A stretch of 64,000 nt of DNA from a bacterium. GTDB lineage: Bacteria; Margulisbacteria; Marinamargulisbacteria; GCA-2716485; JAYNIM01. Positions 48,896 through 58,600 of the stretch are shown one piece after another (positions within the stretch are counted from its first letter, which is position 1; the number at the start of each line of letters is the position of its first letter). The notes beneath the pieces are model-generated. The model was given only the letters and a program-made list of their open reading frames with translations. It did no database searches and had not been told where the DNA came from. The stretch lies in NCBI GenBank assembly GCA_038109055.1, contig JAYNIM010000001.1, positions 580,981 through 644,980 on the forward strand, read 5' to 3'. A program made the position numbers and the translations under genes.

Positions 48896-50464
48896 ATGTC
48901 ACATACACAATCAATTACATCAAACCCTAGACAATTCGATTCTTGGAAAAGACAATTAGCAGGCTTGGTTCTTTCTGCATTGCTACCTTCAACAAAGTCT
49001 CAACCAGTTGATCCTTTTGATGCTGCTAATCAATATTTAGGTTTAAACCTTGGTGACTGGGTACGGCAGGGTATGAATCAACAAGCTGCAGAAGCCCCTA
49101 CATCTCTCGTTACAGGTATCACCTGTGAGCCGGGTGAGGGAGACAATACTCGGAAGCCTTATTTAAGATTGACACTCGAGGCTGTCTCCTGTCCTGAATT
49201 GTGGCAGTTATCTCCCACAGACGTCACTCAATCACTCACTAACACGGGAGCTTTTTTTACCGACGGGCATCCTATTGGTGGTTTTTTTGGGCCTCCCACT
49301 ATAGACTTAATGGCCCCACAACATACTCCTGGAACTAGCCCTGCCTTTGATTTTTGTGATCCTAACGCTACAGCAAATATGGCTCGTTATACTCTCTATA
49401 TAGTTGGGGCTGACCTTTATAGTTCAGAATCTTCTAGTATTCAACGTTGGTCAACTCAAGGCCCATCTGATCCAGCATGTGCAGTACCTGAGCCAGCAGA
49501 TGAATGGGGGACTGGAGATACCTATGATTCGGCAGGCGATTATTACCTTACTAAACCTGAATTTATCCTAGTAGATCGTAATGGTATGGTTTGCTTTAAT
49601 GGCAATACTTACCCTTATCAATTTCAAGATGATTATGCCCGTATAGTTAATGAACAGAAGGATCATTCTTTATGTAATATTTATATGGATTATGCTACTG
49701 AATCTGGTTGCAATGAACTTGCTCCCTGCCCAGCAGAAGCAGCCGTTACTACTAACACTGATGAATTAGCAGAATTATTAGAGGAATTAGAAGATCACTC
49801 AGCTAATGCTCCCGCTGAAAAATCTGATAATACCTCTAATGTTTCTATGCCTCAGGTCCAACCAGCTTCTCAGCTTGCCTCTGCTTCCGCTGAAAAATCT
49901 GATAATACCTCTAATGTTTCTACGCCTCAGGTCCAACCAGCTTCTCAACTTGCCTCTGCTTCCGCTGAAAAATCTGACAATACCTCTAATGTTTCTACCC
50001 CTCAGGTCCAACCAGACTCTCAGCTTGCCTCTGCTTCCTCTGAAAAATCTGACAATACCACTAATATTTCTACGCCTCAGGTCCAACCAGCTTCTCAGCT
50101 TGTCTCTACTTCATCATCTTCTACAATTGATAAAAGCACTCCTTCTGCTGATAAAAAGGATAGCCCTGAGTCGACTGAAGAATCTCCTAACTATAGATGG
50201 GGGGTCGGCTTTGGTGTTACTGTTGGTGTCGCCGGTCTCGCATACAGATATTCTAATATCTTCACTAACCTTTCATCACTTTCATTCAGGAGCCTAAAAG
50301 AACGTTGTTCTAGGCGCAGATATTCTCTATTACCTACCGATGAGCCTAATAGTTTTGAACTAGAAAATCCTGATGAACCTACTAGATTTGAACAAGAAAA
50401 TCCTGATGAACCTACTAGATTTGAACAAGAAAACCCTTTAAATCATAGTCAACAACAAGCCTGA
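48896..50464 (+). CDS. Orphan single-pass membrane-like protein: Cys-containing domain, S/T/P repeat stalk, hydrophobic anchor, acidic repeat tail
   Basis: 522-aa ORF; WGVGFGVTVGVAGLAY hydrophobic segment; two internal repeat arrays. Confidence 0.8.
   Translation: MSHTQSITSNPRQFDSWKRQLAGLVLSALLPSTKSQPVDPFDAANQYLGLNLGDWVRQGMNQQAAEAPTSLVTGITCEPGEGDNTRKPYLRLTLEAVSCPELWQLSPTDVTQSLTNTGAFFTDGHPIGGFFGPPTIDLMAPQHTPGTSPAFDFCDPNATANMARYTLYIVGADLYSSESSSIQRWSTQGPSDPACAVPEPADEWGTGDTYDSAGDYYLTKPEFILVDRNGMVCFNGNTYPYQFQDDYARIVNEQKDHSLCNIYMDYATESGCNELAPCPAEAAVTTNTDELAELLEELEDHSANAPAEKSDNTSNVSMPQVQPASQLASASAEKSDNTSNVSTPQVQPASQLASASAEKSDNTSNVSTPQVQPDSQLASASSEKSDNTTNISTPQVQPASQLVSTSSSSTIDKSTPSADKKDSPESTEESPNYRWGVGFGVTVGVAGLAYRYSNIFTNLSSLSFRSLKERCSRRRYSLLPTDEPNSFELENPDEPTRFEQENPDEPTRFEQENPLNHSQQQA
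49814..50101 (+). repeat. 75-bp tandem repeat x~3.8 (AEKSDNTSNVSTPQVQPASQLASAS)
   Basis: Unit starts at 49814, 49889, 49964, 50039. Confidence 0.95.
50339..50436 (+). repeat. 33-bp tandem repeat x3 (DEPTRFEQENP)
   Basis: tgatgaacct at 50371 and 50404, diverged first copy at ~50338. Confidence 0.92.
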
Positions 50465-50832
50465 ACTGCAATTTCAACAAAAAAACCTTTTGGTAGCCCT
50501 GTTACAGGCACAGCTGCACGGGCAGGTTTATGTCTGCCAAAAAATTCTGCATAGGCCTGATTGACTTCTGCCCATAAGGCAAGGTCACTGATGTATATCT
50601 CTGCTTTGAGGACCTTTGAGATATCTGAGCCTGCTTCGTTTAAAATAGCCTGTATATTTTTTAGGGTTTGAGTGGTTTGTTCGGCGGCTGTTAAAAAATT
50701 CTTGTCTGGATCACAAGGATCAATCGGTAACTGCCCCGATACATAAATTAACTCATTGTGCCTGATGGCCTGACTATAATGCCCTAGGGCTGCTGGGGCG
50801 TCGTTGGTATTGATAACCTCAATGTTACTCAT
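50449..50832 (-). CDS. ridA: RidA/YjgF family enamine deaminase
   Basis: APAALGHYSQA, VSGQLP, PARAAV, LPKGFFVEI. Confidence 0.92.
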   Translation of the reverse strand: MSNIEVINTNDAPAALGHYSQAIRHNELIYVSGQLPIDPCDPDKNFLTAAEQTTQTLKNIQAILNEAGSDISKVLKAEIYISDLALWAEVNQAYAEFFGRHKPARAAVPVTGLPKGFFVEIAVQACC

Positions 50833-50887
50833 ATTTTATAGCTCCTTTTTTTAGATGGGATGAATGTTAACGCTACCATAGCTGGTC

Positions 50888-51445
50888 TTAGTTTTGAAGA
50901 GAGGATGCGCTTTGTAGACTGTGTGGCTTTCTATTTTTATAGTGGTAGGTCTTTCGCTTCTTTTTCTGCCGCCTAAACACCCATGGCGCTACCGGATTGT
51001 CTTGCTGCCATAGCCCTATTTTCTGTCTTTTTGCTTCTTGTTCATATTTTTTTAAAGGACGACTTTCTGCAGTTAATTTGGGAAACACCCAGGCATAGCC
51101 CTGTTCGACAAGTAAATGATTCAACTCATTCTCCTGTACATATAATTTAACCAAATATCGTTGGTACTTATCTTGGCCATAGACCTCGAGTGTAACCTCT
51201 TGATCTAGGCAGACATTCATCACAAAATAAGTCGCAGCTTTTCCCCAAGGCTGTGTGTATTCGGGTGTATCTACGCCTATCAATCTGATTTCTTTTTGTA
51301 CACCTTGATGCCGTACCTGCAAGGAATCACCGTCTATCACTCTTTCTACCTTGGCCCTCCACACCACTTTCTCTGCCTGCGTGACTTGTGTACAGATCAT
51401 CCCCCAGATCATCAGGATAATTGCGTATTTTGTTGCATGGAACAT
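50888..51445 (-). CDS. Thermonuclease (SNase) family protein, exported
   Basis: RVIDGDS, IRLIGVDTPE, DKYQRYL, LVEQGYAW, GLWQ...PWVFR. Confidence 0.92.
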   Translation of the reverse strand: MFHATKYAIILMIWGMICTQVTQAEKVVWRAKVERVIDGDSLQVRHQGVQKEIRLIGVDTPEYTQPWGKAATYFVMNVCLDQEVTLEVYGQDKYQRYLVKLYVQENELNHLLVEQGYAWVFPKLTAESRPLKKYEQEAKRQKIGLWQQDNPVAPWVFRRQKKKRKTYHYKNRKPHSLQSASSLQN

Positions 51446-51502
51446 CGTTGTAGTCTACGTGGGTCAATCTACTATGTCAAATTAAATTTTTAGCTATATT
51501 AT

Positions 51503-52846
51503 TTACTTAAATGAATAGATCCCGTCTAACTTTAAGATCCCCGTTAAGTCGCTAAGAGCATCTCGGCACTCACGTATAAATTTGGGGCTAATGAGATCTT
51601 TTTCGGTTAAAATATCCCGATAATGAGTACAGATCCACTGACACAATTGGTGATACAGATGATTATTGAGTTTGACTCCTTGATGTACCTTGTTCCATTC
51701 GTTCATGCTCAGATTCATGCGTAAACGTAAACATGCTGGTCCTCCTCCGTTATACATACTCTGATCCACACTGACATAGATACAATTTTTAATGGGATTC
51801 CGTCCGGCTAAAATACGCTGTATCAGGCGTAAGACTTTTGTATTTTCTTGACATTGTCGAGGAACAACTAAGACCCATTCATTATTGGGTAAACTTAGTA
51901 GTTGTGAATTAAAAAAATAGGTCGCAATGGCTTCTTCTAGGCTTAACTCTTCTTCTGTTATTTCGATAATAATGGGCATGATCTGACAGGTCTGCCTGAC
52001 TTTACTCCTTAGTTCATGTAATACTTGTCGTTGCTGTTTTAAACTTTTTTCATGACAAATCAGGACGTAGCGATGTGACAACATTAACACATCGGCATGA
52101 AAGGCCCCTTTCTGAACGGCTTCTGGATGTTGTTGGGCAAATATAAGGGTTTCTGGTTTTAAATGATGTAATCGTGCAATGGCCTGACTGGCTTCTAGGC
52201 TTTGTCTAAAGGGATATTTTTCATGCGCGCTTCTTGGATAGTTTAAGCTTTCTCTTCCATACACAAACATGTTGATACCTTGTTGTTGGTGTTCGTAAGA
52301 TACCCTTAAATGATTGGCAGCGCCTTCGTCAGTGAGTGGATTAGGGAGCGGGGGAAGTATGGTCATATTGGTCTGATGGAACACTCGTTTAAATAGCGTG
52401 TGTGTAAAATCTGTTTCCAAGGAGCGATGAAACTGACTGGATAAATTGGCAATACTTAGATAATTTTTATGATTGCTCGTGTCTGTTGACGGACTCACCG
52501 TGGCACTATTGGCCATCCACATATTTGAGGCGGAACTACAGGCCAATAATAAGTTTTTGTTTGTGTTGTATGCTTTTTTTAAGCAATGCTCCTCATTACC
52601 TGTAAACCCAAGTTTTCTGATTGTTTCGATGCATGGCCGCTCTGGAGGTGGCATCACCAACTGAGGCAGCCCTAAATCCATGATTGTTTTCATTTTATTA
52701 AGCCCTTCAAGTGCTGCTTTTTTGGGTGATGACAACATGCCCTTGTGTTTCATGGCCGCTAAATTGCCATAGGCTAAACCTGAATAAAAATGACTAGGTC
52801 CAACCAAACTATCGATATTGACTTCTATTATTTTTTGTTGATGCAT
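51503..52846 (-). CDS. astB: N-succinylarginine dihydrolase
   Basis: EVNIDSLVGPSHFYSGLAYGN, SSASNMWMANSATVSPS, DEGAANH, SMYNGGGPACLRLR. Confidence 0.95.
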   Translation of the reverse strand: MHQQKIIEVNIDSLVGPSHFYSGLAYGNLAAMKHKGMLSSPKKAALEGLNKMKTIMDLGLPQLVMPPPERPCIETIRKLGFTGNEEHCLKKAYNTNKNLLLACSSASNMWMANSATVSPSTDTSNHKNYLSIANLSSQFHRSLETDFTHTLFKRVFHQTNMTILPPLPNPLTDEGAANHLRVSYEHQQQGINMFVYGRESLNYPRSAHEKYPFRQSLEASQAIARLHHLKPETLIFAQQHPEAVQKGAFHADVLMLSHRYVLICHEKSLKQQRQVLHELRSKVRQTCQIMPIIIEITEEELSLEEAIATYFFNSQLLSLPNNEWVLVVPRQCQENTKVLRLIQRILAGRNPIKNCIYVSVDQSMYNGGGPACLRLRMNLSMNEWNKVHQGVKLNNHLYHQLCQWICTHYRDILTEKDLISPKFIRECRDALSDLTGILKLDGIYSFK

Positions 52847-54309
52847 GACCTAAACCATTGTTGGCTATTTTGAATGGGACGACAGTGTTCTTGTTGGGTG
52901 GATGCAATCGCAGTGACACAACTATCGATCATCAAATAGGCGGCTGAACGATGATTTCCACTAGCCCCAACCCCAGCAAAAGGTGCATAGGCAGAAGACC
53001 CTATGGTGGGTGTATTCCAATTGATAATCCCGGCCTTAATCTGGCTATAAAAGCTAGAAAACTCATTTTTATCATCCGATAATAAGGCTGCTGATAGCCC
53101 AAATCTACTTTTATTGGCTTCAAAAATAGCTTCCTGTAAATCTTCTACCCAGCTTACTTTTAGCAAGGGTGAAAAACATTCTTCATCGTCGTCCTCGGTT
53201 AAGGCGGAAATATCGATAATGCCAGGACTGATAAAGGCACCTTTTTTCCCAAGGGCCTTCATTTCAAGCAAAGACTTGGCGCCTTTAGCTATATAGGCCT
53301 GTTGCTGCTCCAGGGCCATCTTTCGGGCGTTTTTGGAGATTAATGGCCCCATCAAGCTCTTTTTGTACTGATCTCCAATAACCAGTGCTTTGCTTGCTTT
53401 TATGAGATCATCAACGAGCTTTTTATTCTCATTATTTTTGACGACTATCAGTCGCCTTGCACAGGTACATCGTTGCCCAGTGGTTGAAAAGGCGGATTGA
53501 ATAATACACTCGATGGCGGATTGCTGGTCCTTTACTTTCGTCAGAATAAGTGGGTTATTCCCCCCCAATTCAAGGGCTAATAACTTTTCGTACTTACCCG
53601 AAAAAAACTGGGCGATTTCGCGACCATGTTCTTCACTGCCAGTAAAAAAAATAGCATTAATGTCATCGTGCACAACTAAGGCACGACCTACATCCGCGTT
53701 TCCTTGGATCACATTTAATACACCTGCAGGGGGTTGACTTTGTTCCCACAAACTTGCCATGGCCAGACCGACCATGGGGCAATATTCACTGGGTTTTAAT
53801 ACCACCGTATTCCCCGCTAGTAGCGCCGGTATTAACTGTCCTTGTGGTAGATGGCCCGGAAAATTAAATGGGGCAAGAATAGCAATCACCCCTAAGGGCT
53901 TAAATTTCGTATAATTTTTGGTCAGGTTTAGCTCTCTTTCTTTTTCTACACAGCGCTCATGATAGGCTTCAACGGATACTGTCATTTTATGAATCATTCC
54001 AGCCACTTCCGCCCTACACTCCCAAGGATTCTTACCTGTTTCTTGACCAATTATCTCGGCTAACCATTCTTTATTTCGGGTTAATTGATCGGTATAACGC
54101 ATTAGTACGTCTTGTCTAAATTCTCGCCCTTTCTCCCACCATTGTTCTTGTACGTTTCCTGCGCTTTTGATGGCAAAATTAATTTGCTCAATACTTGCCG
54201 CTCGTCCTTTCCAATTAAGGTTATCTGTTCGGGGGTTTCGACTGTAAAAAGCCTCTCCTTTTCCCTTTACCCAATTGTTTTGAATAAAGAGGCTGCGTTT
54301 TGATAGCAT
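52828..54309 (-). CDS. astD: Succinylglutamate-semialdehyde dehydrogenase
   Basis: PFNFPGHLPQG, FTGS, LALELGGNNP, SAFSTTGQRCTCARR, GASGNHR; between astA and astB. Confidence 0.92.
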   Translation of the reverse strand: MLSKRSLFIQNNWVKGKGEAFYSRNPRTDNLNWKGRAASIEQINFAIKSAGNVQEQWWEKGREFRQDVLMRYTDQLTRNKEWLAEIIGQETGKNPWECRAEVAGMIHKMTVSVEAYHERCVEKERELNLTKNYTKFKPLGVIAILAPFNFPGHLPQGQLIPALLAGNTVVLKPSEYCPMVGLAMASLWEQSQPPAGVLNVIQGNADVGRALVVHDDINAIFFTGSEEHGREIAQFFSGKYEKLLALELGGNNPLILTKVKDQQSAIECIIQSAFSTTGQRCTCARRLIVVKNNENKKLVDDLIKASKALVIGDQYKKSLMGPLISKNARKMALEQQQAYIAKGAKSLLEMKALGKKGAFISPGIIDISALTEDDDEECFSPLLKVSWVEDLQEAIFEANKSRFGLSAALLSDDKNEFSSFYSQIKAGIINWNTPTIGSSAYAPFAGVGASGNHRSAAYLMIDSCVTAIASTQQEHCRPIQNSQQWFRSCINKK

Positions 54310-55421
54310 GTCCAGAACTCCTGATTAAACGTATCTTGTGTATTTTTTATATATAGCTTAATTGCCATTACATCACTTTCTTCTTTAAGATCTAAGATCC
54401 TTACATCTTTGCTGTTTATTCGTAACTGATTTTTGATTTTTTGAAGCAGGGCTAACTGTACTACAAACTTGTGATTTAGACCTTTACTTAAGACCCATAA
54501 CGCGTCTTTATTAGAGGGCCTTGCTTCTTTTTCCTTTGTTTGTTTTATTCCGTATTTCTTAAGTTCTTTCAGCACTCTTATATTGTTTGTTTTTGCAATC
54601 AATTTAGGCCCACCATCACAGACATCCACTGACCGTGTCAACTCGAAGCCTTCGCTACATAGTATTTGATAGGCCGCCTTTGTTAATGGGTGACAGCGCC
54701 CGATACATTGTTGAACTAATTGTGGTAAAAGCTCGATAATAATAGGCATCTTTGGTAGTAGTTCTTCAATAAACGTCCGATCTTTGGCTGCCAATTGATC
54801 TGCAATCACATAAGGGATCCCATAAAGTTTTTGACCTATATGCTCCCAAAAAGGCGACTGCCCTTTATGATCTAAGTAACCTCTCATTTCTGCTAAAATC
54901 GTTGATTGAAACTTTTTTTTATGTTGGCAAATAAATATTAACCGTGCGACGGTCATGAAGCGGCCCAAGCCAAGACCTCTGTACTTGGGGTTTAACCACA
55001 GTGCACCTAATTCTGTTGGTCCTTTTTGTATTTTTTTAGGATGTAGCTTTCGTAACTGTTGTTGGATATGTAATTTTTTAGATATCATCATGTTTTGTTG
55101 TATTTGATAGACATATAAAGGATTATCACAGGCCACAGAATCTAAAATAGAGGCGGTACCTATAATTTCTTTTTTTTCTTTGTGTTCTAACACAAAGGTA
55201 TACCAATTTCCTTTTTTATTGCTGCTGCTTGTATGATTTATAGTCAAACTCTCTTCAATTCGCTTTTTCCATAACGCTTTTGTTTTTGGAATCGATGTTA
55301 GCCCAGGTTGCGTCGCCTGACTCAGCAGATATAAGGGCTCTAAATCGCGTTCTTTAACGGGTCTAAACACAACATTCTTATAGATATTATCTGTCTTTTT
55401 CGTGTTATTAGGGTGCATCAT
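54267..55421 (-). CDS. astA: Arginine N-succinyltransferase
   Basis: GLTSIP, TELGALWL, AEMRGYLD..G.SPFW, FIEELLP, VDVCDGGP. Confidence 0.93.
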   Translation of the reverse strand: MMHPNNTKKTDNIYKNVVFRPVKERDLEPLYLLSQATQPGLTSIPKTKALWKKRIEESLTINHTSSSNKKGNWYTFVLEHKEKKEIIGTASILDSVACDNPLYVYQIQQNMMISKKLHIQQQLRKLHPKKIQKGPTELGALWLNPKYRGLGLGRFMTVARLIFICQHKKKFQSTILAEMRGYLDHKGQSPFWEHIGQKLYGIPYVIADQLAAKDRTFIEELLPKMPIIIELLPQLVQQCIGRCHPLTKAAYQILCSEGFELTRSVDVCDGGPKLIAKTNNIRVLKELKKYGIKQTKEKEARPSNKDALWVLSKGLNHKFVVQLALLQKIKNQLRINSKDVRILDLKEESDVMAIKLYIKNTQDTFNQEFWTCYQNAASLFKTIG

Positions 55422-55540
55422 GTATGTGTTACCCTGTCTGCATGTCTTTTAAACATGGTAGTTTCTTTTTCTTGATTTAGAATTATTTGTCATTAAGATA
55501 TCATTCACCCTTTTTCCTTACCGTCTATCTTGAAAAACAA

Positions 55541-55569
55541 TTACATATTAATTAAATACTTACATATTA
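55541..55569. repeat. Direct repeat TTACATATTA x2 (19-bp period) in the astA / giant-ORF divergent intergenic region
   Basis: Copies at 55541 and 55560. Confidence 0.5.
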
Positions 55570-55649
55570 TTAAATGTTTAACTTTTTAAATTAGTGGGTA
55601 GGAATAACATAGAAAATCTTATAAACAAACCAACAAAAGGGGGATTAAA

Positions 55650-58600
55650 ATGAGCGCTGGAAGCACTGGGGGAGCTAGAAGAGCTAGAAGAGCTGGACCC
55701 TCTAGAAGACCCGAAGAAGGTGGCGCCACTAGAGGAACTGCAGGAATCGTTACTACCAATGGTACCAGTAGGGCCTTTATCAATGCTGTCCCGAATTTAG
55801 TTGATAGAGTCGATACTATGGAGAAATCCGAGATTTTAGAGTTATTCACGTCTATTTTGGAACAATCGGGATGTCCTCTCACTAGCTCTCCTGACTTTTC
55901 AGACATTGACTCTACTATTTTGAAACACTATCTTAAACTTGGGTCTTCAGGTTTAAAAAAAAAATACAAACAAGAGCTAAGTACACTTGATTCTTTTTTA
56001 GTAACAAAATTTGGTAAAAGAGTTTATGAATTAAGTGATTCTAGAAAGGAGGTCATGGGAATTCCTAGCACTTCTCAGCAACATTCTTCTTCGAGGCGGG
56101 CTGGTACTGCCTCGAGAAGGGGTGGTGGTAGCGCTATGATGGATGCTCGGAGAACCCCTCAGTTTACTGGAGGTTATGCACCTGATTCTCGTTCTGATTT
56201 GAGGTATGATAGGGGTGCTTCGAGAAGGGATGGTAGTGCCATGAGGGCGGCTGCTGCTAAAGGTCGCAATGTAGACTATAGGGAATTAAATAGAATACAA
56301 ACGGGTGAGGATCTTATGCTTACCCTAGTGGGTCCTATACTACAGCTTCAACAAGCGAATGGTGGTTCTATCGTAGAACTCAGCAATTCTTTCATGTTAG
56401 TCAAAACTGACGAGGAAAACGTTTTTCAAATTCAACCTAGCCCTGCTGATGGTAATTTTTTAACTATTCACGTTAATATTGCTCAACAGACCCTTGAATA
56501 CGGCGCCAATCGTAACGGAGACAGGATTTTAAATGCCCTTACGTCTGACTCTTCTGCTTCTGGAGGAGGGATCATGGGTGGTGGTGCTGCTGCTTCTTCT
56601 TCGAGGCAGGCTAGTGTTGCTCAAGTTCAGCCTAGTGGTGATGGGAGTGGAGCTATGCGCCCTGCTGCTGCTCCAAGCGAAGGTGATGACACTACTTTTC
56701 TTGGACTCACTCGCTTATCTGGCGAAGGTTACGTTATAAATGTTCAAGAAGGTTCTCAATCCGTTGAGATTCATACATCCGAAACAAATGGCAACCCGAC
56801 TCTTTATACATGTCTATCACGTCCTTCACTAACCGCTGCTGTTTTGCCAGAGCATTACCAGCCAATCACCTTTCATGATTCTGATATTATTAGCGAATTA
56901 CAAAATTCAGAGAATTCTGGGGCAATTTTTGCTACTGCTTCTCAATTTAACTCAAAAGAAGAACTATCTCCTCAGACAGCTTCCTCTTCTCTTGAAGATT
57001 ATGCTAGAGATCATTCAGTGGGACCTATCTCACAATTAACCTGCGATCAAGGAGTTGCTCAGGCGATTATTGACAATGGGGATGGTGATGTCAACCCTGG
57101 AGGTATCAATTCGCTAAAAGACTTACTTCCTGTCCTTAATGAGGGGAAAGATTCTTCAAAATGTTTTTCTCTTCAAAATGGGTACTTGCATGTACCTGAA
57201 GGTCTGACAGATTCTGAACGAGTAGCGGTCCTGGATACTTTAAAGACCCATATCCATTTGTTGCGCTTGCCCCTGTCTTCTGACCTTGTTGTAAGTGGTC
57301 ACAGCCATCGAGTTGGTATGGGGTATGCATCAGCGGTTCCTATTAATTATATAAATGATTATGGAGCTAGACTTTGTAATAATGGGTTACAAACGGCGGA
57401 AGGTGAACAGCGTCAAGCGTATTTCAATTTTGTTGAGGCTATTAGCCAAGAACTGATTCAAGAACAATATCTACAAACGCTTCATCAGGCATACAAGCAA
57501 TCACAATCTTCCGATGATCTCTCTCGAGTGAAAGCCTTTCTACTGCCTTTAGGCGGAGGTTTTTTCAATAATTCTCACACAACCATTATGTCCGCTATGC
57601 TGAAAGCAGCCGCGATCATGCGTGCTAATTTCCCAGATTTCGACACTAAGGTTGATATGAAGTGTCTCACATATCATGCATATCAGGAAATACTCTCTCT
57701 TCAATTGGTAATGGACGAGTCTTTAGTCCAGTTGCAGTCCGGGGTATCCCCTGAAGTAGAGTCTCCTGAAATTCCGATAGCGGCTCCGCAAGCAGTACCT
57801 ACTCTTTCTCAAACACCCCTTCAACCTGAGCTCCAAGCTTGTCGTCAGCCCATTATCGATTATTTATCTCAATTAGGTTTCACTCTAGATCAACATGGTT
57901 ATATTTTGCATCGTCCAGGGGCTTCTCCTTCTGCTCAATCTTTAGCAGAAGCATTAGAGCCAGAACCAGAGATGGACGCAGCAACGGTCTTTCCTCCGTC
58001 TGGTGATGATCGTCTTATTCTAGAACAAGCGTTAGCCACGTTATTTTTTCAGACTGCCTTGAATGGAGATGCTGGGTATGCCGAAACGATTCGTACGGCT
58101 TTGGCCGGCCTTGGTCTTGGGTCTCGTCAGGTACAAAAAGGGCCTCCATCTTTTCGTTTATCCCAAAAACCTGATTCTTTGAATGGGAGTATCTTCCAAT
58201 CTCTTGATCAAGCTGGGGTTTCTCTTGTTCCCACCTTGGTTAAACATCCTCAATTCGGTGAGCAACTACAACTTCAAGTTATGTGTAATTCCCCACAAAC
58301 TTTACACGCTATTGGGGGAACTTTATATCATAGCCACAAGGGAGGTACCTATGAAACAGGCACTTTTATCAATGCTGACTGTACAAATCAATTATTACCC
58401 TTTTTGTCTATTTGTCTGCCTGACCCTCTTGGTGACCACTATCATCCTCAAAGTTTTGTTAGCGGGCAAAAAGAAAAAGATACCCATTTACATGCCCTTC
58501 AACCCACATTTCAATCAAGCACTAAAACACCTACAGACCGTAACAGTTCCTGTGATTTATTTACGGATGCGGCTTCGTATGGTTACAAGCTTTATCGTCA

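Noticed and set aside
49799..50297. Repeat-rich alternative ORFs and possible CRISPR array
   Set aside because: Contiguous 75-bp in-frame coding units with no unique spacers and no cas genes
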